From Macrostomum lignano (Eukaryota): a stretch of 64,000 nt of DNA. The stretch is taken from positions 133,553 through 197,552 of the forward strand of contig NIVC01002164.1 in the NCBI GenBank assembly GCA_002269645.1, read 5' to 3'. This document shows, one piece after another, positions 50,801 to 63,045 of this stretch. Each line of letters begins with the position of its first letter. Positions within the stretch are counted from its first letter, which is position 1. The notes under the pieces were generated by a model. That model saw nothing but the letters and a program-made list of their open reading frames with translations. It had not been told where the DNA came from and ran no database searches. The translations under genes and the position numbers were made by a program.

Positions 50801-52329
50801 CCACCATGTCAAACATAGAAAAGCCACCATGTCCACCATTAAAGAGTCACCATGTCAAACATTAAAGAGCCACCGTTTCAAACCTAAAAGAGCCACCATG
50901 TCGAACATTAAAAAGCCACCATGTCAAACATTAAAGAGCCACAATGTCAAACATTAAAGAGCCACCATTTCAAACCTAAAGGAGCCACCATGTCGAACAT
51001 TAAAGAGCCACCATATCAAAGTGGATGCTTGCTATTTGGAGGATGCTTGCTTTCTGGGGGATGCTTGCTATCTGGGCGATACTTGCAATTTGGGGGATGC
51101 TTGCTATCTGAGGGATGCTTGCTATCTGGTGGATGCTTGCTATCTGAGTGATGCTTGCTATCTGAGTGATGCTTGCTATCTGGGGGATGCTTGCTATCTG
51201 GGGGATGCTTGCTATCTGGGGGATGGTTGCTATCTAGGGGATGCTTGCTATCTGGGGGATGGTTGCTATCTAGGGGATGCTTGCTATCTGGGGGATGCTT
51301 GCTATCTGGGGGATGCTTGCTATCTGGGGGATGCTTGTGGTCTTGGGAAGATTTCTTATTGCAATTCACTTCATTTGAGCAGTTTGTCTGTTGTCTTTGT
51401 GAAGGATTTTTTGGCTGTCTTTTTGTTAATTGTAGAGAACAGAGATTCTATCCAGATGTCCCCCATCGGGGGGCGAAGATTGCTAGTTATTTGCTAAAAA
51501 CTATTATTTGTTGTTTTATTTTTGTTTAAAATTTTTTAGCATAAGAACAACTTTCCAGACTATGAAAAGTAGGAGAACTTGAGCGCGCATACACTACATG
51601 GCACATAACCATGTTAAATGCATGTAAAAGTCAAATCCTGTCTATGATTCTGCAGCAAGCAGCTTCTTTGCAAGTGCATATGATGGAGTGCGCACATACC
51701 TTTTTTAAGAGTGCACAAATAGGCTCCTTTTCAGCACGCAAGCGTGCACAAATTTGACAAACATGCATAAGCATGGAACAAATTTTGTGTAAGAATTCCA
51801 TCCTGGCGCGCTTGCACGCCTAGCAAGAATGTCTACAACTTTTTTTAAATTTGCTCTATTAGGGATCTTGGTCATATGCCATTTTAGAATTCTTGATCTA
51901 CCCGTCAAAATAGGCTATAAAGTATAATGTATAAATTATAATATTTAATATTATATAAATCCTATGTACTAAAAATGAGTTGTCTGTATCTAGCTATGCA
52001 ATAGATTAAATATCTAATTCTTTGCTAATTAAATATATAATATTTATACTTTTCTTCAATAAGTTCAATAATGTTACTTTCATGTAACATAGTCTAATAT
52101 GAAATTAAAAAGTAAAACAATCATAATATTATACAAAAATTTAAAAAGTTTTAAACTTTTTATGATTAAAAAAAGTAGTAAAAATATATTATATAATAAA
52201 CCCATTTTTGCCTTCAGGTTAGGCCTTAGTTAGGCCAGGGGCAATAAATATTAAAGTAATCAATAGTAAGATCTTACCTTCTAATAGACGAGTGATAATA
52301 TCATCTATATTTAACTGAAATTCAGTCAT
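38848..52329 (-). CDS. PPP1C: Serine/threonine protein phosphatase PP1 catalytic subunit (beta-like), 5 exons, 323 aa
   Basis: Minus-strand exons 52278-52329 ([17 protein letters not shown]|gtaag), 45134-45633, 44765-44956, 39507-39641, 38848-38940; phases consistent, 972 nt total. Motifs GDIHGQ, GDYVDRG, RGNHE, HGG, RAHQ, SAPNYC. Confidence 0.95.
39045..39457. repeat. PP1 intron 4 minisatellite, ~24-bp unit
   Basis: (aactagaactgagcatccttcatc)n. Confidence 0.93.
39743..40233. repeat. PP1 intron 3 minisatellite, 29-bp unit (left half; continues at 44553-44690)
   Basis: (ggggaattgctgaaatgctgtggctcatt)n on both sides of the LTR element. Confidence 0.95.
40234..40529 (+). repeat. 5' LTR (296 bp)
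   Basis: Reads identical by eye to 44257-44552. Confidence 0.95.
40530..44293 (+). CDS. Gag-Pol polyprotein, with one frameshift at ~40735
   Basis: ATG 40530 opens a frame that stops at 40748; the frame from 40736 stays open for 1185 aa with a double Zn knuckle ([19 protein letters not shown]), protease DTGA, RT YQDD, RNase H TDAS, integrase H..H..C..C and D-D-E (HMDH, VSDN, AER). Confidence 0.92.
44257..44552 (+). repeat. 3' LTR (296 bp)
   Basis: Follows the polypurine tract; ends in CA before the TSD. Confidence 0.95.
47359..48083. mobile_element. hAT-like non-autonomous element (725 bp) in PP1 intron 1
   Basis: TIRs TAGTGATGGAT(T/C).AAATT / AATTTTGATCCATCACTA; flanks ACAAGCAT and ACTAGCAT form an 8-bp TSD with 1 mismatch. 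Confidence 0.75.
49018..49150 (+). mobile_element. Helitron-like 5' end fragment
   Basis: tcctatatactaaaaatgaaatgtctgtgtgtatgt..aaacggctcaaccgattttcttcaaactt resembles heads of invertebrate non-autonomous Helitrons (from memory); a related head occurs at ~51960. Confidence 0.4.
49622..51015. repeat. Minisatellite, 23-bp unit containing GCCACCATG
   Basis: (attaaagagccaccatgtcgaac)n with variants. Confidence 0.95.
51020..51335. repeat. Minisatellite, 18-bp unit
   Basis: (ggggatgcttgctatctg)n. Confidence 0.93.
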
Positions 52330-53009
52330 TCTAATAAGGCTAATAAGTATGAAGCCAATCAATGACAGAAATAAAGTTAACACTTAACAGACCTACTAAG
52401 TCTCAAAGTCTCTCTATAGCCTATGTCGATGACAAACTGTCTCTACTTAATGACGAACTGAATAAATAAATCTTAACAGAAAACAGGGTAATAATTATTA
52501 ACTTGTGCCTACTATTATGATTGTTAGTAGGCAGATTTAGTAGACCAGAAGTTAATTTAGAAAACTAAAATTTGAAATTTGAAAACTCCTTAGCATTTAA
52601 AATGCAAAATCAAACTTCACACAGAATGGTCTAAATTAGAGTACAAAAAAGAAATCGATACACAACTTCTAACTACAGTAATTAAGGGGAAAGACAAGAG
52701 AATTATAATGAAGGTGAAACTGCAAGTAAGTTAGAACTTAGGACAAGGTAGATCATGGATGCTCAGCATGATCGATCGACAGCAATTTAAAATGCGAAAA
52801 AGAAAACAATTAAAAATCATGTCACCAGTTAAACAAACTTAAAATGACGTACATACTCATATTTTGGAGTCAAAATTTTAAACGAAGGATATCTCAAAAA
52901 TACTCAACTACTCTGCTTTTTCTATTGTGATTTGACCCATGTTAGACAATACTGCAGTCAGCCAAACTTTGTACTTAATTTTCTAGGAAATGAACTGTAG
53001 GAGAGTAAG

Positions 53010-53290
53010 GGGTCGCTTCACAAGCTCGAAATTTCACAACCTCGAAAAGCACTTCCTTTCACAAACCCGAAACTTCATAAGCTCGAAATTTCACAACCTC
53101 GAAAATTTTAGCAGCCGACTTCATAAGCTCGAAATTTCATATCCTCGAAAATTTTAGCAAGCGACTTCACAAGCTCGAAATTTCACAACCTCGAAAACCA
53201 TTTTTACAGCTTGTGAAGTCGGCTGCTAAAATTGTTTTCGAGGTTGTGAAATTTTGAGCTTATGAAATTTCGAGCTTATGAAAGTAACTC
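53010..53290. mobile_element. Foldback-like element built from inverted modular repeats
   Basis: Several cacaagctcgaaatttcacaacctcgaaaa modules followed by their reverse complements (ttttcgaggttgtgaaatt..gagcttatgaa). Confidence 0.6.
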
Positions 53291-54361
53291 GACAATAAGA
53301 GGTAGTGTATATGTAACTATATTTATCATATCGCTAGTGCATTTAAAGTGCTCTTGAGAATTTTTTCTTTTCTAGCGCGGACTGTTTCTCAACCAATAAA
53401 TTTGTCTAGTTGATCTCTTACCGTTAGAATCACCTGTCCGGGATGTAGATGTATCGGGTATACCGATATTATTATCTATTTATGAATATTTACTGTAATT
53501 CAGCAACGCCTTGTGAAGCAGTGGCCCTGTCGGGGGCGCAGGGCCTAAGGCCTACCCGCGCTCGTCAGACAATCGTTGTCACGCACTGGGACCGCTGATT
53601 ATTTATCATTGTTCATAGACATTTTTTTTCATTCCTGAGAAAATCCCAGCAGGATTGGGTCAAGAATCTGAATTCTAGAACTACACTAAATACGGTCGCA
53701 GTTCTGGGACAGATTCTGTAAACCGAATAGCCAAGCAAACTGACTCTACATGGTAGCAATCGGCAATCTAGCCTCCATTCTGTAATTGCAAAGTAATTGT
53801 CGTCATTTCCTCAGTATATCTTTGACATTCAGCTGTTCCAAAATGCTTTTCCAGATAAAGATTACTTTGTACAGCAATAGCATGAACACTGCAATAACCA
53901 TGCGGCAGTACATGCAGCTGGCAATGCTCGGTGTCATTTAAATAGAATATAGCTGTAGAGTGTAGATCAGGATCGAATCTACGTGAACCAGCGTACGCTC
54001 TTATGCATGCTTTTCTACTAATCTCTGCCTCTGCAGAGTGTCCAGTCCATGCAGGCTTTTTTGCCTTGAAGCTTATACGCTATAAAGCTGGTCTGCGCAT
54101 CGCTATGACAGGAAATGTTGAAAAAATGTCTTCCTGTACAGCCAAAGAGCCGCGTGAGAACGAGAGACATTGGGACTCTAAAATAGACAGAGATTTTGCA
54201 AAAGGCAGTGCGCGTAATGTACAGCTGTGGTGTGAGCTCTTGTGCTTGTTTATTATCTCAGTTTGCCTGCACAAAAGCACTCAAAATTTTTTTTACGTTC
54301 TCGAAGTAGCTTTGGCTACTTCAGTCCACTAGCACAGTCGCAACTGAAAGAATGAAAACTC

Positions 54362-55332
54362 ATGGAGAAGAAGCGGGAAGAAGATTACTCCCAGCCGCAG
54401 CAGCACCGTCTGGTTTCCCTGTCCTGGCCGCAGTGGCAGCGGCTCGGGTCTCATTTTGTGTCAATCACTGAGCAGACTCGGTTGCTGGACAGTGTTCTGC
54501 TCGATTCCACCGGGCTGCGGGACCGCGGCTTCCGGCTGGATATCGGATCGCTGGCTGCCGACTCGGCCGCAGCTCCGCCGCTTTGCCACGATTTCGTCCG
54601 GCTGCGCCTGTTGAACTGCCGGGCGTCTCCTCCAGAGACTGCGGCTGGAGAAACCTCGACAGCTGCCCTGCAACAGGTTTGTGTTCAAGGTATTTTTCAA
54701 GTCGACCGTGTTCTCAGCTTTTCAGATTCAAAATTGCAGCCGCGATATTCTCTGTTATGAAACCTGCCACCTAAAATTTTCCAAGAAACCCCGTTTCCGT
54801 CCTGCTGCTTGAATAGTCCTTGAGTCAGTAGTCCTTGACACACCAACACTGGCCTTAATCGCACGATAGCTCGTAAGCTCCAGACAAGTTTTCTGCAATC
54901 TCCGAATTTCCCTCTCCTTTCATCTTTGATTTTCCACAAAACGACTTGCAGTTTGAAAGCTACGCCATTTTCGCCTACAAATCGTCGTCGACATCGACCT
55001 TGGAGTCGCTGTCCAAGTCGCTGCTTGAGGCCGACTCGCTGGCTCGGCTGGTTGCCGACCGGTGCGCCGCCGCCAACCTCAGCGCCATAGCCAAGCCGTG
55101 GAAGCACGACACCGACTGCTGCGACTGCGGCATCTGCCACGAAGATGCCACCGCGGTTCTCGTCACCGTCGACGTGCTCTCTGTGCTGCGCCGATTAGCC
55201 GACGATCGCAGCTCGTCGACGTTCAAGTATCGAAGCGAAAGTAGGACCGTGGAACTGCTGGTTCCGCCGGGATTTGAACTGACTGAGAGCGGGGATGAGG
55301 AACTTGACGCTTTCACCTGGTGGTGGCGATAG
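54362..55332 (+). CDS. Uncharacterised two-exon protein, ~231 aa
   Basis: Exons 54362-54676 and 54952-55332 joined in phase 0 (CAG|gtttgt..ttgcag|TTT); GC-rich coding-like composition; contains CCDCGICH; no family recognised. Confidence 0.65.
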
Positions 55333-55369
55333 TCAAGCACTGGTACAGACCCTGCCTCGGGTTACCCGG

Positions 55370-55592
55370 TTCTGATCCTCTCTCCCGGTCCCGGGTTAAC
55401 TGGTGCTGATCCTGCCCCAGGTTAACTGGTGCTGATTCTATCCCGGGTTAACCAGTGCTGATCCTGTCCCGGGTTAACCAGTGATGATCCTATACTAGGT
55501 TAACCGGTGCTGATCCTGACCCAGAGTTTACTTTGGTGCTGATCCTGTCCCAGGTTTACCGGTGCTGATCCTGTCCCAGGTTAACCGGTGCT
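55370..55592. repeat. Short minisatellite (~26 bp)
   Basis: ccgggttaaccggtgctgatcctgtc variants. Confidence 0.85.
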
Positions 55593-56428
55593 ACTTCAAC
55601 GGTCTAAGCTCCGTCCCGAAGACCAAGATTGCCGATTGTGGCCCGCAGGAGCATTCGTCAGCAGATCAGCTGATATTTTTTTGTCGAGAGAGCTGCAAAA
55701 TCATCTATTTTTTAATCAGAATTGCGAATTTGTAATGATTAAGCATAATTGGTATTTGATTTCACCGATTTCGATATTGTTGTAATATATTTCATAAACA
55801 TTTTATTACGAACAATTTTTAGTATTCAACATAGAGAATGATTTATTATTTTCCACTTTTAAGATTTTGAACATGGACAAAATTTTGAACTTTTGAGCTG
55901 ACCACTGCAGGAACGCGATCACACAGGGTGAACAGCGGCCCTGGCTTGGTCATATTCAGGCATGTACTGTACACTCTCTGTACCTTGGGGGTTGGCCGTC
56001 ATGGGCGAGAACCGATGCCCCAAATTAATTTGGCCTGGCACGGAATCGCCAGCCGTTCCATCTGAATGCAAAACGAAACAATGGAAATAAAAAGGCACCT
56101 GGCCTCAAGCTTGCAGTCTACAATTCAGAAATCCTATTGTTTAAAAGCCAATTGTCTGTTACAAAACGAAAAATTTTTTTGCGAGATTGCATTTTTATGG
56201 CGACTTTTATTTGCGAGTGAAAGGTGATAATGGAATAGGATCTCAGTTTGTATAAAAGTGAAACAATATCTTCCAATAAAAATTATAGCTAGGCAAATAT
56301 ACAGCACGCTAGTAAGGCTTGGATGATATTTCTATCATCTGCATGGCTTGCTGCACTTTTATTGAAAAAATCAATCCTGGATTCGATCCTAATCGCTGCT
56401 GGATCCTTCAGATCAGCATTAGCAGATC

Positions 56429-56824
56429 CTAATCTTTTAGTCCGAAGCGCTTCAGTCTCTCCAAATCCTTATTGATTTCGGCGTCCCAGTTGTCAGAGTA
56501 CAGCTGCTGTTGCTGAGGCTGCTTCTGCGGATGTAGCGGCGGCGGCGGTGGCTGCTGCTGCTGTGGTTGCTGCTTTTGCGGTTGCTGCTTCTGCGGATGT
56601 GACTGCGGTGGCTGTTGCTCTTGCGGTTGCTGGTTTTGCGGATGTGATGGCGGTGGTTGCTGCTGCTGCGGTTGCTGCTTTTTCGCGTCCGGTTTCTGCG
56701 ACTTGTAGTTGAACTGGTCCCTCTCTACTCGCAAATTCTGCTTCTTTTCCGTTTTGAACGCCTCTTTGCTGACATCTTTGGCTGCGTATTTCTTGCCGTC
56801 CTGGCTGCTTCTTTGGCTAGACAT
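56429..56824 (-). CDS. Small K/Q/P-rich hypothetical protein or terminal exon (~131 aa)
   Basis: ATG 56824: MSSQRSSQDGKK..QQPQQQ..YSDNWDAEINKDLERLKRFGLKD*; the complex flanks around the Q/P tract look coding; no family recognised. Confidence 0.5.
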   Translation of the reverse strand: MSSQRSSQDGKKYAAKDVSKEAFKTEKKQNLRVERDQFNYKSQKPDAKKQQPQQQQPPPSHPQNQQPQEQQPPQSHPQKQQPQKQQPQQQQPPPPPLHPQKQPQQQQLYSDNWDAEINKDLERLKRFGLKD

Positions 56825-57444
56825 CGCCGAGCCCAAAGCGGTGAATTGGCTCAGCGGGGAAATGAGGGCCTGAACCTGAACCCTTGAGAACAATTGTCTT
56901 TAGAAGGCTTGAGACTGGGGAGATTTTTAGTTGTCATTGGCAACCGCCAATCAGAGCGACGCACGGGGACGCGGTAACCCTTGAGAATGGACGGGGGGAT
57001 CCGAGAAGGCGCAGATTCAGCCCATCAGGGGATTGCACGGGTGGGGGATCAGCGGATCTTACGGGTCAGGCTAAAGTTGATGAAGAGATGAGCTGATCTG
57101 AACTTTTCCCCGCGGCTTTCCTACCCGTAGTTTCTCTCTCCCACGCCTCTCCCTCTCCATCACCCTCATGATTTCCCCGCCATAAACTGGAGTCCACAAT
57201 TGATTGCCGTACAAAAGCGGGGCCAGACAGATTGGAGAGCTGCTCAAAATAGTCGATGGCCTTCTGTAAATGCGAGATCATTGCTTGCAGACTACTCAGA
57301 GACAATACCATGTCTGTAGGTGCTTTTCGTTATTAATTAACAGTCTTCATACATGTTTTTATTTAGCTATTGCATAGATTACAGATTCACCTAGCTAGCC
57401 AACAAAGGTGATACAAATTACTTTGTTTCTGTGATTTGTCATCT

Positions 57445-58030
57445 GTGTGATTTCCGCCGTCATGGCGCTGTATCATGGCACGAACGCTGCTGTGCTAACA
57501 CCGGAAAACCTACCGGATTTCTTTGAGACATCCTCTAGGGTGCTTCAGGGAGATACGCTTGCGCCGTTCCTGTTCGTTCTGGTGCTTGACTGAGTGCTGC
57601 GGACTGCTCTCCCTTCTAACGACGACGGCTTCCAGCTGCAGCGACGCGTGGGTCAACGCCAACCGGTGAGCGCCGCCCAGCGCCAGCGAGCGTCGGCCTG
57701 GTGGTCAACACGCAGAAGACTGTCGTGCTCTGCGTGCCGGACGACATTGAGGCTGCAATTTTCTGCCGTGGCGCTGACGGGCAGGTGACGAAGCTTCCGT
57801 GCTGTCAGCAGTTCGTCTACCTCAGCGGTCTGGTGCCTGACGTTTGCGAGGACCTGCGACGTCGCCGTGGACTTGCCTGGGCTGCCTTTCGCTCTGTGAG
57901 GACAGTCCTGCAGTCCGAGACCCCTGTCCGACCGCCAGAGAGCGGCGTTGTTCCAGGCGGTGATCGAGACCGTCTGTTGTACAACGCCGAGACCTGGACG
58001 CTGCCGGCGGTGCGGCCTACGTTCGCGCCC
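57445..58030 (+). mobile_element. Non-LTR (RTE-like LINE) reverse transcriptase fragment
   Basis: VMALYHGT..RVLQGDTLAPFLFVLVLD*VLR..GLVVNTQKT..FVYL..RRGLAWAAF..LLYNAETWTL; contains a stop and frameshifts, and the YADD segment is missing. Confidence 0.8.
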
Positions 58031-58700
58031 AGGCCTTGAAAACGCGCCTTATGACGTTGTCTGCTGACTGATTGACAACGTATTTTGTTGAGTTTTGTTG
58101 TGTTTAGGCCATTAGGATTACCATAGTACAGGCTACGACTGCTACGACTGCAGTGTACGGTTTTGTTTATGTTTGTCAATAACACAGTTTTTGTGTTGCT
58201 TCGTCAAAGCACAAAGCCGCCTTAAAATCAAGCATGAAATCCATAATTCTTTAAGCACGAAAACGTCTAAAACTGAGTTCATTGAAGCGTTTCATATATA
58301 TATATATATATATTTAGCTAGTAATTCAATATCAATCAGTTATGAAAGCTTAAGAATTTGCGATAAACAAGCATGGGAAATGGCCAAACCTATATCAGGA
58401 TTGCAACGATTTGAAAAAAACTTTTTAAGCAACACATAAGGTTAAAAATCTGGGGTCCAACATTGGAAATGTTTAAAATCTACGAGTAGAGCTCGCATAC
58501 AGTTATGGATGCGTAAACAAAACAAAAAATATGCTTGTCGCTTTACGAGCCTATATTGCTCCCAGAGCCTGATTGCAGATAAGTAATAAAATTTAAGGTG
58601 CAGAAAACAGTGAATAAAACAGCAGAATCGCTATTCGATTATAATCGCTAATATTATTAACGGTAGTAAAAACGCGCATGGAAGAGAAATCTATTCCAGT

Positions 58701-60001
<1,301 letters not shown>

Positions 60002-60822
60002 TTGGATGGCTTGAAAATTGGCATGCAATATATTTTTAAAAGTGACTTTCACGCATAGCAACGTCCAGACATGCTTTAAACTAAGTTTTCAACATTTGAA
60101 GCCTTCATATTTTTAATAGGACAGCCTTTTTAATAGGATATGTGGAATAAAAGATGTTTTTATTTAAAAAAAATACAAAGTTAAAATTTAGATTCAACTG
60201 TACACTGAAATAAGTGTCGTGTGTATATTTCCAAAGAAGACAAAGCTTCTCTAAGTTTATAATCAACTCTCATTAGAATTAATCATAAAATACTATATAG
60301 ATGTAGCATATCTATTGGCTTTTATTTTAATTGACTGTCAAAAATTCAACTACAATATCCAACTTGCTTTCTGTTTTGAATGCAGTCAGCAATACTTTAT
60401 GAATTCTTCTAAATCCTCAATGCAAGACAAGACATTTGCATAGCAAAAATTATAATTTTTAGTTCTATCTTCTAATCAAGCCAGTCAATGCTTGTGCAAT
60501 TTTCGTTACAATAAAAAACTAAATTCTATTTTCTATTTCGCACGGTTTTTCCTGATAAAATCATAAAATCTGGATATTTTCTTTAAATTGGATGGATCAG
60601 CCAATGTGATTAAAGTTGGTAAAACTCTCTGTCATGGACATGATTAAACTAGAATTAAAAAAGGAAGCCAATAACCATATAACTGGCGTCAAAAACAATG
60701 TAACTACAACAAAATAAAAAAAGAAAGTAGTATCAAGGTTTAAATTTGCCTCCTCTTTACCACAATATAAATGACGACGACAAAAATAAGAGACAAAAAA
60801 TTGACTTGGCAGCCACACTACA

Positions 60823-61115
60823 GGCAATGGCTAGAGTTCCGGCACCGGAACCCATTTCTAACGGCTATGGATCCGGCAGTGGTATTCCAGTAGTGTAATT
60901 TATGGGTGTAATATAGCAGAAAAAAAAATACTTTTTTTAACGGGTGGTTGATATTGGGAAATGTTCAATATAAGATCAAAACGAAACGATGAGATTCAAA
61001 ACAAAATACTTCTAATGTTCAAAGACTTCATTAGTAGATAACTGCCTGTAGAAGACTGCCGAACATAGCCATTAGAAAACAGGTTCCGGTGCCAGAACTC
61101 TAGCTAGCCATTACC
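60823..61115. mobile_element. Mutator-like MITE (293 bp), 9-bp TSD
   Basis: ~60-bp imperfect TIRs (GGCAATGGCTAGAGTTCCGGCACCGGAACC.. / ..GGTTCCGGTGCCAGAACTCTAGCTAGCCATTACC); CACACTACA on both flanks (60814-60822 and 61116-61124). Confidence 0.85.
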
Positions 61116-62301
61116 CACACTACATGTAAGGCAAGCTTTGTATGCATGTAATGTAACTGGTTTAAAACTGCCACTAGAAGTAACTTCAAAACTTTATGAT
61201 AATATAATATAATATGATAATATAGCAAACGACAAGGATAAATTTAGGCTCCATTTCATTAATCGATGAGAAGCAAAGCCTAAAGGTAAAGATAACTGCA
61301 AAAGCCCGGCCGTTAATATTTAAAATGCAAGAAAAATTCCAAATTAAACTTACAAACGGTAACAAAAGTCATGTCAACAATTTAAACAAATTCGAAACTG
61401 AAAAACTTTTACATAAAGATAAAAACATTGCAGTTGTAATCGTACTTTCTGTAAGTTTTTTAATTTACTAGAAAAATTAAAAAATAGTCGGGCAAATACG
61501 ATTGGGATCGCCTAGTATAAGGTGGCCAGTGCCAATAAAGTAAAGTTCGATTTAGAAATCCACTAACCACTCCATGGACTTTTTTCCATTTTGTGTATAT
61601 GTAGCATTGGTAAAAACATTCACGCAAGTCGTAGAGATTCAGTTGACATCAAATAGATACATGTATATCAACTTAATTCATCCTTTGTACTTGAATTTGG
61701 TCTAAAGTTACAGCTAAAGAAAGAAATCTCTGTGACTGATTTCTTCAAAAGAGTGACTACATGCAGTAATTATTGGATCTAATTAACGGATGTAGCGAGA
61801 CAAGTACTTTTGACTGCATTATTCGACTTGATAACAAATAATAGTGAACATATTTATTATTCGAACATGCATCTACGTAATTCAAACAGAATTTATCAAT
61901 TTATCTATCAAATAATATTACAGTACACATAGGAATGCACCTAACAGTTTAAATCAAACAGGCAAAATACAGAAGACAAACATAACAAGCCTTACAATAA
62001 CTGATGCCGTGAAAATTGCGGCAACGAAGTGCGCAAGTAACCGCAAGCAAAGCCATCTAGCGCATTAACAATATAATCGCATCGCGAGTAATACAAATAG
62101 ATGAAAACACAACCCTTGCCGCAGACCCACGCAAGCAGCGTCAGATAAAACAAAAGGAACATCTGGGCCAGGCGTCGCTGATCAGCGCTGCTCAGACTAC
62201 TGCTTAGCAACACACTTCCGGCCCAGCAACAGAGCCGCGTTCAACAATGGACTGCACAATTGGGTCCAGCAGAAATTCTTGCCTTCTCGACAGATTGTGA
62301 G

Positions 62302-62442
62302 TCAGCCAGGCTGGGAAGCTGGGCAGCCTGCACAGCAGACTGGGCTGTCCAGCCAGCCGGAGAACTCCAAGGCGCCCAGCAGGCCGAACAGACCGGCTGT
62401 CTGCACCAGGTGCCACTGCATGGAGCCCAGGTAGAAGCTGCA
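62302..62442 (-). CDS. Probable terminal exon of an unidentified gene (hydrophobic segment)
   Basis: Acceptor cgtcag| then CSFYLGSMQWHLVQTAGLFGLLGALEFSGWLDSPVCCAGCPASQPG*, with strongly GC3-biased codons. This frame is absent from the ORF track; upstream exons not identified. Confidence 0.45.
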   Translation of the reverse strand, partial: CSFYLGSMQWHLVQTAGLFGLLGALEFSGWLDSPVCCAGCPASQPG

Positions 62443-62744
62443 CTGACGCTAATGGCTGTAGCCAGCAGCAGCTCAGCTAGTGACACCAGCCAGCTGACGT
62501 GCACCAATATTAAATGAGAAGTTCGTCTCAGGGTGCGCAGAATGATGCAAACAATTGACAACAGGCCGGTTTCTACGATCGAGCTGAAATTTCCTGCCAT
62601 GCTTGAGGCTTGAGTATCGTCTTCGATGGAAGCGCGTGTTGGAATAGGATCTTACGTATGGCGTAGGCGATTCCCGTTATAGTTTCTGCCATAGATATTC
62701 AAAAATACCCGTATACACTCAGCATCATTGAAGTGTCATCCACC

Positions 62745-63045
62745 CTTGCGAGAAGGGTCCATGGCCCAACTGGACTAGATGTGCAACCGACAGCTCAGCC
62801 GCAGCTATTGCGCGGCGCATCTGAAGGCTGCGTACGGCTGTTCAGTCCAAGGACTGGGGGTTGTCATGCCCACCCTCAATTAGCCCAGCTAATGCTGGCA
62901 CCCATTTTACAGCCGGGTGAACTGAAGCAATGCAGAGTTAAGAATCTTGCTCAAGGATACAAATTGTTCCGATTGTGGGTCGAGAATCGAACTCCCGACC
63001 TTTCTGTCCAGAGTCCGACGCTCTAACTAAAAGGCTACAACCCCT
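62745..63045 (+). mobile_element. SINE-like element / LINE 3' tail
   Basis: cccattttacagccgggtgaactgaagcaat..ttaagaatcttgctcaagga..gaatcgaactcccgacctt..agtccgacgctctaac, typical of tRNA-like SINE/L2 tails (from memory). Confidence 0.55.

Larger units (their letters stand above)
48767..51807. mobile_element. Candidate ~3-kb TIR-bounded element enclosing satellite arrays
   Basis: Perfect 17-bp inverted repeat GCCAGGATGGAATTCTT (48767-48783) / AAGAATTCCATCCTGGC (51791-51807); TGCGCA/GTGCAC-rich subterminal zones; no TSD recognised. Confidence 0.4.

Noticed and set aside
54600-55040. PCNA / 9-1-1 clamp-like resemblance in the orphan (FESY..LESLSKSL)
   Set aside because: Only a few residues match by eye; it needs a profile or structure search.
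61480-61520. Helitron 3' end (GC-rich segment plus CTAGT)
   Set aside because: Hairpin is weak and no matching 5' end could be linked to it.
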